Below, piece by piece: positions 40,004 to 48,870 of a stretch of 64,000 nucleotides of DNA (its first letter is position 1; every line of letters starts with the position of its first letter). The position numbers and the translations under genes were made by a program. A model generated the notes under the pieces. The model worked only from the letters and a program-made list of their open reading frames with translations, was not told the DNA's origin and searched no databases. Source of the DNA: Candidatus Levyibacteriota bacterium (GTDB lineage: Bacteria; Patescibacteriota; Microgenomatia; Levybacterales; UBA12049); NCBI GenBank assembly GCA_029260905.1, contig JAJDCH010000016.1, positions 2,985 through 66,984 of the forward strand. The letters are read 5' to 3'.

Positions 40004-40075
40004 GCCGAGATAGCTCAGTGGTAGAGCAGCTGTTTTGTAAACAGCAGGTCCGGGGTCCGAATCCCCGTCTCGGCT
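40004..40075 (+). tRNA. tRNA-Thr (anticodon TGT)
   Basis: Manual fold. Acceptor GCCGAGA/TCTCGGC. D-arm GCTC-AGTGGTA-GAGC. Anticodon stem GCTGT/ACAGC with loop TTTGTAA. T-arm CGGGG-TCCGAAT-CCCCG. 72 nt. Confidence 0.85.
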
Positions 40076-40095
40076 CAGAATTGTTATTTAGTTTT

Positions 40096-40179
40096 GCCAG
40101 ATTCGCATAGCGGCAATTGCACCTGACTGTAGATCAGGCGACCGTAAGGTCTACGGGGGTTCGAGTCCCTCATCTGGCA
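40096..40179 (+). tRNA. tRNA-Tyr (anticodon GTA) with a long variable arm
   Basis: Manual fold. Acceptor GCCAGAT/ATCTGGC. Anticodon stem CCTGA/TCAGG with loop CTGTAGA. 16-nt variable arm. T-arm GGGGG-TTCGAGT-CCCTC. Discriminator A. 84 nt. Confidence 0.8.
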
Positions 40180-40184
40180 CATTT

Positions 40185-40940
40185 TTATTCTTGATTCCAG
40201 GGAGTTGCTTTTTTCTCAATTGCGACAATGATTAGGAAAAAAGTGAGGCTGAGGATAATTGTTACCAATATTGCAGCAAAAACAAGTGGGACTGCATGAG
40301 AATTGGCCATCAGCTTCATATAGATTCCAAGACCTTTTTCTGCGCCAACAAATTCTCCAATTATCGCACCTGTTACCGAGTAAGTAGCAGCAATTTTTAA
40401 TCCTCCAAAAAATGATGGAAGACTTTCAGGAATCTTAACAAATTTAAGGATTTGCCATTTGTCTGCATTCATACTTAGAAGCAGTTTTATTTTTTCTTGA
40501 TCCGCATTTGCAAGGCCACTGGCAGTTGCGATAGTGATTGGGAAAAAGCAAAAGAGTATAACCATGATTATTTTTGGTAGTATCCCAAACCCAAACCAGA
40601 CCAGAAGAAGGGGCGCGAGTACAATCATGGGAATTGTCTGGCTTGTGACAAGAAGCGGATAAATAATTTTTCTTAAAAATGTGTTTTGGTCAATGATAAT
40701 TGCTAGACCAGCACCAAGTGCTATGGCGATAATAAATCCCCAAAAAGCCTCAGTTAGAGTTTGTGCAGCGTGTTTCAGGATTATGTCCCAGTTGTTTGCC
40801 AAACCGTTTAGAGTTGCAGAAGGAGGTGGAAGTAGTCTGGGATTTGCTAGGTCAGAGTTGGCTGATATTTCCCAAACCAGCAAAACTAGAATAGTGAAAA
40901 TAATGCTTGGAAGATAGTTTTTAGTGTTTTTAAAGTTCAT
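40185..40940 (-). CDS. ABC transporter permease, NitT/TauT (SsuC/ThiX-like) family
   Basis: 251 aa with six TM helices. The EAA-like loop and overall pattern fit the NitT/TauT permease family. Confidence 0.8.
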   Translation of the reverse strand: MNFKNTKNYLPSIIFTILVLLVWEISANSDLANPRLLPPPSATLNGLANNWDIILKHAAQTLTEAFWGFIIAIALGAGLAIIIDQNTFLRKIIYPLLVTSQTIPMIVLAPLLLVWFGFGILPKIIMVILFCFFPITIATASGLANADQEKIKLLLSMNADKWQILKFVKIPESLPSFFGGLKIAATYSVTGAIIGEFVGAEKGLGIYMKLMANSHAVPLVFAAILVTIILSLTFFLIIVAIEKKATPWNQE

Positions 40941-40966
40941 AAAGTTTGTAAAATTTTTTAAAATAG

Positions 40967-41698
40967 TTAAATCGTTTCATGTTTATTTATTAGTAATTTA
41001 AGAATCTTTTTTTGCAGATCTTGAGGATTTTTACTTTTTTGGACATCAAATTTTTTTAGTATTTTGGCAGGAGCGGGGGAAAGAACATAAATAGTATCTG
41101 ATAAGAAAATTGCCTCACGCACATCATGAGTTATAAAAAAAATTGTTGGGTTTAATTTTTTTTTAAGATCAAGGAGAAACATTTGACAAGAAATTCGTGT
41201 TATCTGATCAAGCGCGCCAAACGGTTCATCAAGAAGCAGAAAGTCTTTGTTGAAAAGAATGGTTCTAAGAAGCGCAATTCTTTGTTTGATGCCACCTGAT
41301 AATTTGTTTGGATAAAAATCTGCAAATTTTAAAAGACCAAATTTCTTGAGAAGATTTAGCGCGTTTTTGCGAGATTTTTGTTTGTCCTTTTTTAGAATAT
41401 CTTGGCCAAGGGTTACGTTATCAAGCGCAGATCTCCAGGGGAGAAGACCTGAATCTTGTGTCATGTAGCCAAATGAGCCTTTGCGGTTTGTCTGATGTTT
41501 ATCGTTTATGAGTATTTGACCACTTGTTTGATTATCAATGCCTGAAAGAATGTTAAAAAGTGTTGTTTTGCCACATCCAGATGGTCCAATGATACTGACA
41601 ATTTGTCCGGAATTGACCGCCAATGATATAGTTGTGAACACTTTGATGTGCTCTTTTGAGTAGGTTTTGGAGAGATTTTTAATTTGAAGAAGAGCCAT
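40967..41698 (-). CDS. ABC transporter ATP-binding protein, NitT/TauT (SsuB/ThiZ-like) family
   Basis: 243 aa. Walker A GPSGCGKTT, signature LSGGIKQR, Walker B LLLDEPFGALD. Confidence 0.9.
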   Translation of the reverse strand: MALLQIKNLSKTYSKEHIKVFTTISLAVNSGQIVSIIGPSGCGKTTLFNILSGIDNQTSGQILINDKHQTNRKGSFGYMTQDSGLLPWRSALDNVTLGQDILKKDKQKSRKNALNLLKKFGLLKFADFYPNKLSGGIKQRIALLRTILFNKDFLLLDEPFGALDQITRISCQMFLLDLKKKLNPTIFFITHDVREAIFLSDTIYVLSPAPAKILKKFDVQKSKNPQDLQKKILKLLINKHETI

Positions 41699-41719
41699 AA
41701 TTAATTTTCAATTCGAAAT

Positions 41720-42745
41720 TTATTCAAGAAACTTATTAGTATATAAACTTTCAAAATCTATGCTTTTGATAGGATTTCCATTTTTATCAGTAACAGTTTT
41801 ATTGTCAATCATAAATTTGGGATAATCGCGCCAAAACTTTCTGTCTTGTATTCCCCAGGTTTTATCATTTGGTGCATAGGTCTTGCTTAAGAATTTTTGA
41901 CTTTTAGAAATTAATTCTTCATTTGGAAAAGTGCCTTTGGGATTTTGGGCAATCAGAATTTTGGCAGCATCATCTGGATTGGCAATCGCGAATGCATAAC
42001 CCTTTTGGGTCGCGCGCATAAATTTAGCAAGAAGATCTTTTTTGGCATCCATTTGTTTGGGACCTGTGATGATGACAGGTGTGTAGTAATCTGGTACTCC
42101 ATAATCTTTGATTGGGAAATAGTTTGTTTCAATATTTTCAATGTTTGCAGCGATTTTATCCCAACCCTCAAAAACCCAGACAAAGTCAATCCTGCCTGAT
42201 GCGAGCGCATCCATAGCTGCTGTTTCGAGAATTACGTTGGTAAATATGCCTTTGCCACCATCTGATTGAATAACTTCTCTAACAACTGCATTTTCGTAGG
42301 GAAGGCCGAAGCCACCGTATGTTTTGTTGTCAAGATCGCGGGGGGATTTGATGCCTTTGTCTTTTAAGGTGATAAGACCTGAGGTGTTTGAATTGATGAT
42401 TGCTGCAATTGAGATAACAGGGTTTTTGCTGCCAGTCTGCATGACTACACTTTCTGTTGAGCTGATTCCGACATCTGCTTTGTTTTCATAGACAAGCGTG
42501 TTTGACGAAACCTCAGAGTAGGGGAGGATTTTTAGATCAAGCCCCTCATCTTCGTACCAGCCCTTAGCGCGGGCTACATAGATTCCTGTGTGGTTGGTGT
42601 TGGGAACCCAGTCAAGTGCGAGGGAAAAAGCTTTTAGTTTTTGGATCTTGGATCTTGGATTTTGGGAATTTGAGAGTTGGTTTTGGAATGCGAAGATGCC
42701 AAAGGCAGCGACAATAAGTATGATGAGAAGAATTAATTTTTTCAT
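41720..42745 (-). CDS. ABC transporter substrate-binding protein, NMT1/THI5-like (ThiY-like)
   Basis: 341 aa. Signal/anchor. SLALDWVPNTNHTGIYVARAKGWYEDEGLDLKILPY is typical of NMT1/THI5-like (SsuA/ThiY) binding proteins. Confidence 0.75.
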   Translation of the reverse strand: MKKLILLIILIVAAFGIFAFQNQLSNSQNPRSKIQKLKAFSLALDWVPNTNHTGIYVARAKGWYEDEGLDLKILPYSEVSSNTLVYENKADVGISSTESVVMQTGSKNPVISIAAIINSNTSGLITLKDKGIKSPRDLDNKTYGGFGLPYENAVVREVIQSDGGKGIFTNVILETAAMDALASGRIDFVWVFEGWDKIAANIENIETNYFPIKDYGVPDYYTPVIITGPKQMDAKKDLLAKFMRATQKGYAFAIANPDDAAKILIAQNPKGTFPNEELISKSQKFLSKTYAPNDKTWGIQDRKFWRDYPKFMIDNKTVTDKNGNPIKSIDFESLYTNKFLE

Positions 42746-42863
42746 GAGTGTTTCCTTCGTTGGAATTATCCAAACAGGTTCAATGGGTCATTCGATTTTA
42801 TCGAAACTCTCAGCGCGCTTCAGCGAGCTCCCCAACAAAACTATGATAACAAATGATTTTTAT

Positions 42864-43499
42864 TTATGCAACATCGGTGTGGATGAGGAGGAGGGTTCCG
42901 TTTTTAAATTCAATTGTCGCTGTGTTTTGAGTTAGCTCATTTAAGTTTCCAAAAGCTGAGTTTGGTTCGATATCGTCATTCACGAGCGGGTATTTGAGGC
43001 CAGATGTTTTGATGTTTTTGATTTCTGAAAGCGAGATAATTGAGAGCTGGTCGCCTTTTTGTCCATAAATTTTTTCTTTTTTTGGGCCACGCATGAGCCA
43101 GAGAATTTGATTTTGACTTACAAAAAAAATAGGGGTTTTGTATTTTTGCAAATTAAAAATGTTTCCTAGGATGTGATCAATTCGATCGCCTTCAGCTCCG
43201 GCAAGAATTGTTATTTTTTTTGCGCCCTCTCTGATCGCCAGTTCTATCGCGAGGTCTGTATCGGTTTTGTCTTTGTCTGTTGGATATCTAAGTGTTTTGA
43301 CTTTTTGTTTTTGCAGCTTGGCAAAGAGTTTGGGGTCAATTGAGTCGAAGTCGCCAATAAGAAAATCTGGGGTGAGTTTGAGGGAAATGCAATGCGATGC
43401 GCCGCTATCAACGGCGATTGTTTTATCGACTGATTTTAAAAGTTTTTTTATTCCTGGCCAATACGTAAATCTCCCGCCTGAAAAAATTAAAAAATGCAC
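42864..43499 (-). CDS. thiN: Thiamine pyrophosphokinase
   Basis: 211 aa. IAVDSGASHC...PDFLIGDFDSI...KDKTDTDLAIELA matches the TPK catalytic-domain motifs. Confidence 0.8.
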   Translation of the reverse strand: MHFLIFSGGRFTYWPGIKKLLKSVDKTIAVDSGASHCISLKLTPDFLIGDFDSIDPKLFAKLQKQKVKTLRYPTDKDKTDTDLAIELAIREGAKKITILAGAEGDRIDHILGNIFNLQKYKTPIFFVSQNQILWLMRGPKKEKIYGQKGDQLSIISLSEIKNIKTSGLKYPLVNDDIEPNSAFGNLNELTQNTATIEFKNGTLLLIHTDVA

Positions 43500-43726
43500 G
43501 TTTTTTAAAGATAAATTCTGCTCTAAGATAGGGTTGATTGTTATTTTCCCAAGCTAAGTAAATAGGAAAGCTAATTATCAAACCACGGCCTGATAAGTTC
43601 GCTTCGTCGTCCGCCAGAGGCGGAATACCTCAGGATATTTGAAATTGTAGAGAAAAAATCGCAACCAACTTCCAATATCAAAGAGCAAGTATAGTTTATT
43701 CTTTGGAAAGTCTGATGTCAAGGATT

Positions 43727-44377
43727 TTAGAAGCCGAGAAGTCCGAGTGATGCACTAACTAAGCTTGATACAAAACCAAGCAGAGAAAAAGGTCCTATGG
43801 GAAAGAAAAGAAGAAATATGAGTATAAACATTCCCATTCTTTGACCAACTGCCAGATAGGCTGCTGCTTCTTTGGCAGGAAGAATACCAGCAAAAAGTTT
43901 GGAACCATCAAGTGGAGGGATCGGGATAAGATTGAAAAAGGCAAGTAAAAGATTAAGAACGACTATTGTTGTGAGGATGAAGCCGACTAGTCCGCTTGCT
44001 GAAACTAGCTGGAAAGGAACTCCTGGAAAAGAAAGATGAATGATAATGCTTCCGATTATTGCAAGAGAAAGATTGGTGAGTGGTCCAGCAATAGACACCA
44101 GAGCCAGATCTTTGATCCCGTCACGCAGGTTGAATGGGTCAACTGGTACAGGTTTGGCGCCTCCAAAAATAATGGGGGATCCTGAGATTATAAGCATAAG
44201 AGGAACAAGAAGGCTCATGATAGGATCAATGTGCGGCCTGGGATCAAGTGTAAGTCTGCCTTTTAGTTCTGCCGTGGGATCACCAAGTCTTCCAGCTACA
44301 TAGCCATGCGCTATTTCATGCAGGATTGCTGAGTAAATAAGAATGATTATGCTGATTATTCCGCCAAAAATATCCAT
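43727..44377 (-). CDS. Site-2 protease family (peptidase M50) intramembrane metalloprotease
   Basis: 216 aa. HEIAHG (HExxH) within TM1 and LDG in NLIPIPPLDGSKL. Multiple TM helices. Confidence 0.75.
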   Translation of the reverse strand: MDIFGGIISIIILIYSAILHEIAHGYVAGRLGDPTAELKGRLTLDPRPHIDPIMSLLVPLMLIISGSPIIFGGAKPVPVDPFNLRDGIKDLALVSIAGPLTNLSLAIIGSIIIHLSFPGVPFQLVSASGLVGFILTTIVVLNLLLAFFNLIPIPPLDGSKLFAGILPAKEAAAYLAVGQRMGMFILIFLLFFPIGPFSLLGFVSSLVSASLGLLGF

Positions 44378-44559
44378 TAGTTTAAATTCTAAACTCTAAT
44401 TTCTAATACCTAAACAATATCAAATATTTAATTTTCAAATCCCAAAGAGGTTTAGGTATTTGCATTTTGAAAATTTGAATTTTTTTAGAATTTGTAATTT
44501 AGTATTTAGAGCTTATTCGGTCTTGAGTTCAAGACTAGATTATGATATCATACTTTTCT

Positions 44560-44793
44560 ATGGGAAGGAAATGCGCATCATGTGGAAAAGGAATAATGTA
44601 TGGACACAATGTGTCTCATTCCAAGCGTCGAACAAATAGGACATTCAAGCCCAATCTTCATGTGGCAAGAATTGCAGTTGCAGGTAGAAAGGTAAAGATG
44701 AAGCTTTGTACCAAGTGTCTGAGAATGTTTAAGAAGATTGGAAAAGTAGTTGAAGCTCCACTGGTTGAAACTCCACAAGTAGCCTCAGTTTAA
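44560..44793 (+). CDS. rpmB: 50S ribosomal protein L28
   Basis: The ORF track starts at 44542. The internal Met (MGRKCASCGKG...) is the likelier start. KRRTNRTFKPNLHVARI matches the L28 KRRFLPNLH core. Confidence 0.8.
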   Translation: MGRKCASCGKGIMYGHNVSHSKRRTNRTFKPNLHVARIAVAGRKVKMKLCTKCLRMFKKIGKVVEAPLVETPQVASV

Positions 44794-45089
44794 GTTTTGC
44801 TTACATATTTCATACTTATTTTTTAATATTTGGTGCTATATTTAACGTGCATGGCGCGAGTCGAGTCAGGGAGGGATTGTCTAGGTGAGGTTCGTTGGAA
44901 ACCGCCAGAGATTCAGCATATTGGGAACAGAAAAAAGGAAGTAAGGGCACCAGTTGCAATTTTTTGTTTTCAAGACTGTCCGCTTAATGGTCTTAAAGTT
45001 TCAATACCAGGAGGAACACTTGAGGAATCGAGATGTAGAAGTGTTAAATCGGCACTTGGTATTCTGAATAAGAACTGTCCTCAATTGAA

Positions 45090-45941
45090 TTAAAAGAGTT
45101 TTTTTAAGATATCCCTCATCTCCGGGTAGCCGTTGAGGAAATCTTTGAGACTCACAGGTTTTTTCCCTTCTACTTGAAATTTTTCCCCAGGTAAAAATTT
45201 GGTTCTTAGATTTTTGTTTTTGGTTTTTAGGATCGTCCAAGCAGTTGGCCAGGGGTAGTAAGCCCGAATTTTTCGGTCAATTTCCAATTTCCAATTTTTA
45301 ATTTCCAATTCCGAATTTAAATTTTCTATTGTTGATAAATCAAAATATCCATCTTTCTTGGTGATCAGTTTTACAAAAGTTGCTTTTTTATGATCTTGTG
45401 TCTCTGTTTTTATTTTTCCCTGTGCAAACTTGTTTAGAATATCAGGCAGATTATCAGCTGCGATTTGAAATAATTTAAAAGCAAGGGTTTCAAAAGTATC
45501 AATTGGCTTTATCAAATGCTCAAACTGCTTGAGAATCGGTCCGTGATCCATCTCCTGATCCATCTGCATGATGCTGACGCCTGTTTTTTTATCACTATTT
45601 AAAATAGCAGCTGTAATAGGTGATGGACCACGATAGAGTGGGAGAAGAGATGGGTGCACGTTGATGCTTCCATATTTTGGGATTTCAAGAATTTTCTGAG
45701 GTATTATCTTGCCGTAGGCTGCTGTTATAAAGAAGTCAGGCTGGCTTTGACCAAAATCAGTGGTTGGAAAAACAGGAATATTATTTTCAAGCGCGTATTT
45801 TTTAACAGGAGTGGGAGTAAGATTTTTTTTCTTATCTATCTGATCCGGCATAGTTACAACGCCAATTACTTGATGGGTTTTGTTTAGTTGGTCTAGGATA
45901 GGAACTACAAAATCAGGCGTCCCAAAAAAAACAATTTTCAT
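45090..45941 (-). CDS. fmt: Methionyl-tRNA formyltransferase
   Basis: 283 aa. MKIVFFGTPDF...SINVHPSLLPLYRGPSPI pattern. Downstream of def. It contains a 7-mer tandem repeat that encodes EIKNWKLEI. Confidence 0.9.
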   Translation of the reverse strand: MKIVFFGTPDFVVPILDQLNKTHQVIGVVTMPDQIDKKKNLTPTPVKKYALENNIPVFPTTDFGQSQPDFFITAAYGKIIPQKILEIPKYGSINVHPSLLPLYRGPSPITAAILNSDKKTGVSIMQMDQEMDHGPILKQFEHLIKPIDTFETLAFKLFQIAADNLPDILNKFAQGKIKTETQDHKKATFVKLITKKDGYFDLSTIENLNSELEIKNWKLEIDRKIRAYYPWPTAWTILKTKNKNLRTKFLPGEKFQVEGKKPVSLKDFLNGYPEMRDILKKLF

Positions 45942-46516
45942 ATCTCCAATTCCTCAAATTCTGTCTCGCCTTTTTCGTTTTTGTAGGATTTGTAGAGATT
46001 ACTTTTTTGTTCAAGAACTCTTTTGGGAAACAAAACTCCCTGCAGGTGATCTACCTCGTGTTGAACGATTACACTCATAAAGCCTGTAAATGTTTCTTTG
46101 TGTTTTTCGCCTTTTTCATTCATGTATAGTAGTACTACTTTGTTATAACGTTTTACTGTTCCCCAGATGTCTTTTAGCGAGAGGCAACCCTCAAGCTGAA
46201 CGGGTTTTTTTGTTTTTCGTCCGCCAGAGGTGGCTTTTGCCGCGCTCAAATTTTTTGTTTTTGGATGGTTGATGAGCTCTTCTATAACAGGATTTATAAA
46301 TGTTTGTATCTCCGAGTCAGGATGGGGCTTGGTGATAAAGATTTGTAGAGATCTACCGATTTGAGGCGCAGCAAGACCGACTCCTTCTGGATCTGTAGCG
46401 CTAGCCAGTCCTTCCCGCATTTCCTTGAGAACTTTTTTGATATGTTTATCTATTTTTTCAACAGGTTTTGCTTTTTCAGAAAGAACAGAATTGGGGGCTT
46501 GTACGATTTTTGCCAT
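45938..46516 (-). CDS. def: Peptide deformylase
   Basis: 192 aa. GVGLAAPQIG, EGCLS and QHEVDHLQG motifs. Confidence 0.9.
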   Translation of the reverse strand: MAKIVQAPNSVLSEKAKPVEKIDKHIKKVLKEMREGLASATDPEGVGLAAPQIGRSLQIFITKPHPDSEIQTFINPVIEELINHPKTKNLSAAKATSGGRKTKKPVQLEGCLSLKDIWGTVKRYNKVVLLYMNEKGEKHKETFTGFMSVIVQHEVDHLQGVLFPKRVLEQKSNLYKSYKNEKGETEFEELEI

Positions 46517-46531
46517 AGGTTGGATTTTAAT

Positions 46532-48757
46532 CTATTTTTCCCATTCTTGCAATTTTTCTTTTACATCTTTATCATTTGGGTCGAGGCTTGATAGGATAAA
46601 TTCATATGTTTCAATTGCTTTATCCAGCTCTTTAGTTTTTTCATAAGCAAGACCAAGTGAGAGGTATGCATCTTTATAATCAGGTTTTAATTTTATAGTC
46701 TCTGTAAGTATCTCAACTGCTTTTTGGGGATTTCCTGTTTGGAGTGTGAGCGTGCCAAGGGTGTTGGTGACTTTTGCATCAGAGGGGGCTAATTCTTTTG
46801 CTCTTTTGATACTAATTAGCGCTTCATTTAAATAGCGTTTTTCGTTATTTTTATCGCCAAGTGATAAGGTGTAGAAAAGGCGGACTCTATTTTTCCAAAA
46901 AACAAGATTGTTTGGGTGGGTGGAGATGAGATTATCACTTGTCGAAATTGCTGCAGTTGAGGTCTGATCAGCTGTTTCTTTATCACCCTGTATGTAAAAG
47001 CCAGCAGCGATATAAGATAGATTCATGCTTAACTCGTCAGAATAAATGGGTTCATTTGGCACAATCTTTGCCGCTTTTGAAAAACTGAAATATGCATCTG
47101 GATAATTTCCAGAGCGATTAAGTCTCTGACCTGATGCAAAAGAAATATCAGCAAGTAGGTAATTTAAAAGATATATTAGTAGATACGCAGCCATAAATAT
47201 CGTAATTATTACACCAGTCCATTGGATAGAAGTTGTTTTGTTTTTCGTTTTTTCTGAAGAATTTAAGAAAAATGAAAATGTTTTTTGGGGATTGAGAAAA
47301 TCTCCAAGCAAAAATACAAATGCAGGAATAAGAAAAAAGTAAAGATTGATTATGACGACTGAAAAGCCAAAGAAGTTGGTGATCAATATTGCAAGATAGC
47401 TTGCGATAAGCGATAAGTGATAAGTTATAAGTGATAAGTTATTTTTAGGATTGATGGATTTGGATTTTTTGATTGCTACAAAAATAAATGTCCCAATGAT
47501 TGCAAGATAACTTCCTAACCCAAATATTCCGCTTGTTGTTAGTAAGTTTAGATATTCGTTATGCGCTTTATTGTAAAGAAAATCCCATTCTGATGTGAGG
47601 TTATGTTCAAGCGGACGATGTCGATAGTAAGCATAGGCAAATGTTTCAACTCCCCAGCCAAAAATTGGTTTTTCTTTCCAGGCATCAATTGCTCCCTGCC
47701 AGACAATAAGTCGGATATTTCCTGAGTCGGTAATACTTGGGTCAGATTCTTTGTTTGCTGGTGAAATGTTATTTGGTGTTATTTTATCAGTTGAATTATT
47801 TTTTTCCAAGATTGAGGGTAAAGTATACTTGTTGAGATTTTCAGCTGGATAGGGTAGTACGCCAAATACAAAACTTGATGCAAGAAAAACAAAATGAATT
47901 GTCAAGAAAGCAGTCATCAGTTTTTTAAAAGAAAATATTTTTTTCCAGAAAAAAACAGCAAAAAGTAAAATGTCAGCTGCATAGAAGGAAAGCATACCCG
48001 CCCTGGTGTTGGTGAAGACAAGTGAGAGATAAAACAAAGTAATAAGTGATAAGTAATAAGTGATAAGTATAAAGGGCTGGTTTTGGGTTGCCTGCCTGCC
48101 GGCAGGCAAGGTTGGTTCTTGGTTCTTGGTGATTCCCAGCGCCATAGCGATTGGTAGGAGAATCGTCATGTAGGCAGCAAGCCAAGCGGGTTGACCAAGA
48201 GTTGAGAAGATGCGAATTGTGGGTTTGAAGTTCTCAGTCCAGCAGGATGCATCAAGTTGGCTAGTAAAGATAAAGCAAGTTGGGTCATAGCCAAAATGTG
48301 ATGGGATGCCCCAGAGAGCGACGATGAGTCCTGAAAATAAACTTATTTTTAGAAGATTAATTACATGTTTTTTGGCTAGGTTTGAAACAAAAGCATAGTA
48401 CAATAATAGATAGCTTATGGTTGATAACAGCCCTCCGTTGAATCTGGAATAATATCCCCACCAAGAGACATGCGGGTCAAGTGAAAAAATGCTAGATATG
48501 ATTTGAGAGGTTAGAAATAAAAGAATTGGTATATCAAGCGGTGTTCTCTGGATTTTGAAATTTTTTTCAAGAATCATTTTGGAAATCCATGTACTGGTGA
48601 TGATAACAGTCAATCCAAAAGCAAGCCACATTTTCGGCAGTTCAAAAAGCTCAGATGTGATATCAGTGAAAATAAGCGGAATGAAAAAGAAAAGCGCGTA
48701 GAAAGAATACTCAATGGTGCGGTTTAGGAAGTTTTGTAGTTTCATTAACCAAATCAA
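46532..48757 (-). CDS. Polytopic membrane protein with an O-antigen-ligase-like (Wzy_C) core and C-terminal TPR repeats
   Basis: 741 aa with ~12 TM helices. A periplasmic loop with a conserved His/Arg pattern. C-terminal TPR-like repeats (AYFSFSKAAKIVPNEP..., YKDAYLSLGLAYEKTKELDKAIETYEF). It contains two copies of the ATAAGTGATAAGT repeat family in frame. Confidence 0.55.
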   Translation of the reverse strand: MIWLMKLQNFLNRTIEYSFYALFFFIPLIFTDITSELFELPKMWLAFGLTVIITSTWISKMILEKNFKIQRTPLDIPILLFLTSQIISSIFSLDPHVSWWGYYSRFNGGLLSTISYLLLYYAFVSNLAKKHVINLLKISLFSGLIVALWGIPSHFGYDPTCFIFTSQLDASCWTENFKPTIRIFSTLGQPAWLAAYMTILLPIAMALGITKNQEPTLPAGRQATQNQPFILITYYLSLITLFYLSLVFTNTRAGMLSFYAADILLFAVFFWKKIFSFKKLMTAFLTIHFVFLASSFVFGVLPYPAENLNKYTLPSILEKNNSTDKITPNNISPANKESDPSITDSGNIRLIVWQGAIDAWKEKPIFGWGVETFAYAYYRHRPLEHNLTSEWDFLYNKAHNEYLNLLTTSGIFGLGSYLAIIGTFIFVAIKKSKSINPKNNLSLITYHLSLIASYLAILITNFFGFSVVIINLYFFLIPAFVFLLGDFLNPQKTFSFFLNSSEKTKNKTTSIQWTGVIITIFMAAYLLIYLLNYLLADISFASGQRLNRSGNYPDAYFSFSKAAKIVPNEPIYSDELSMNLSYIAAGFYIQGDKETADQTSTAAISTSDNLISTHPNNLVFWKNRVRLFYTLSLGDKNNEKRYLNEALISIKRAKELAPSDAKVTNTLGTLTLQTGNPQKAVEILTETIKLKPDYKDAYLSLGLAYEKTKELDKAIETYEFILSSLDPNDKDVKEKLQEWEK

Positions 48758-48827
48758 CTAATCATCTAATTTCAAATCAACTAATCAACAAATAACTTTT
48801 AGATATTGGTCAATTTGATGATTATAA

Positions 48828-48859
48828 CATCCTATCATATTGGCAAAATGTGGGCAAGC
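48828..48859 (+). repeat. 32-bp direct repeat, copy 1 (CATCCTATCATATTGGCAAAATGTGGGCAAGC)
   Basis: Identical 32-mer recurs at 50227-50258. Together the two copies bracket the gene 48871..50157. Confidence 0.85.
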
Positions 48860-48870
48860 CATGGAGCTCT

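Noticed and set aside
44830-45093. 87-aa ORF in the convergent rpmB/fmt spacer
   Set aside because: No motif. The region is more likely to hold terminators. I looked for SRP, RNase P and tmRNA signatures by eye and found none convincing.
45001-45240. 79-aa minus-strand ORF
   Set aside because: Overlaps the 3' end of fmt in another frame. No support.
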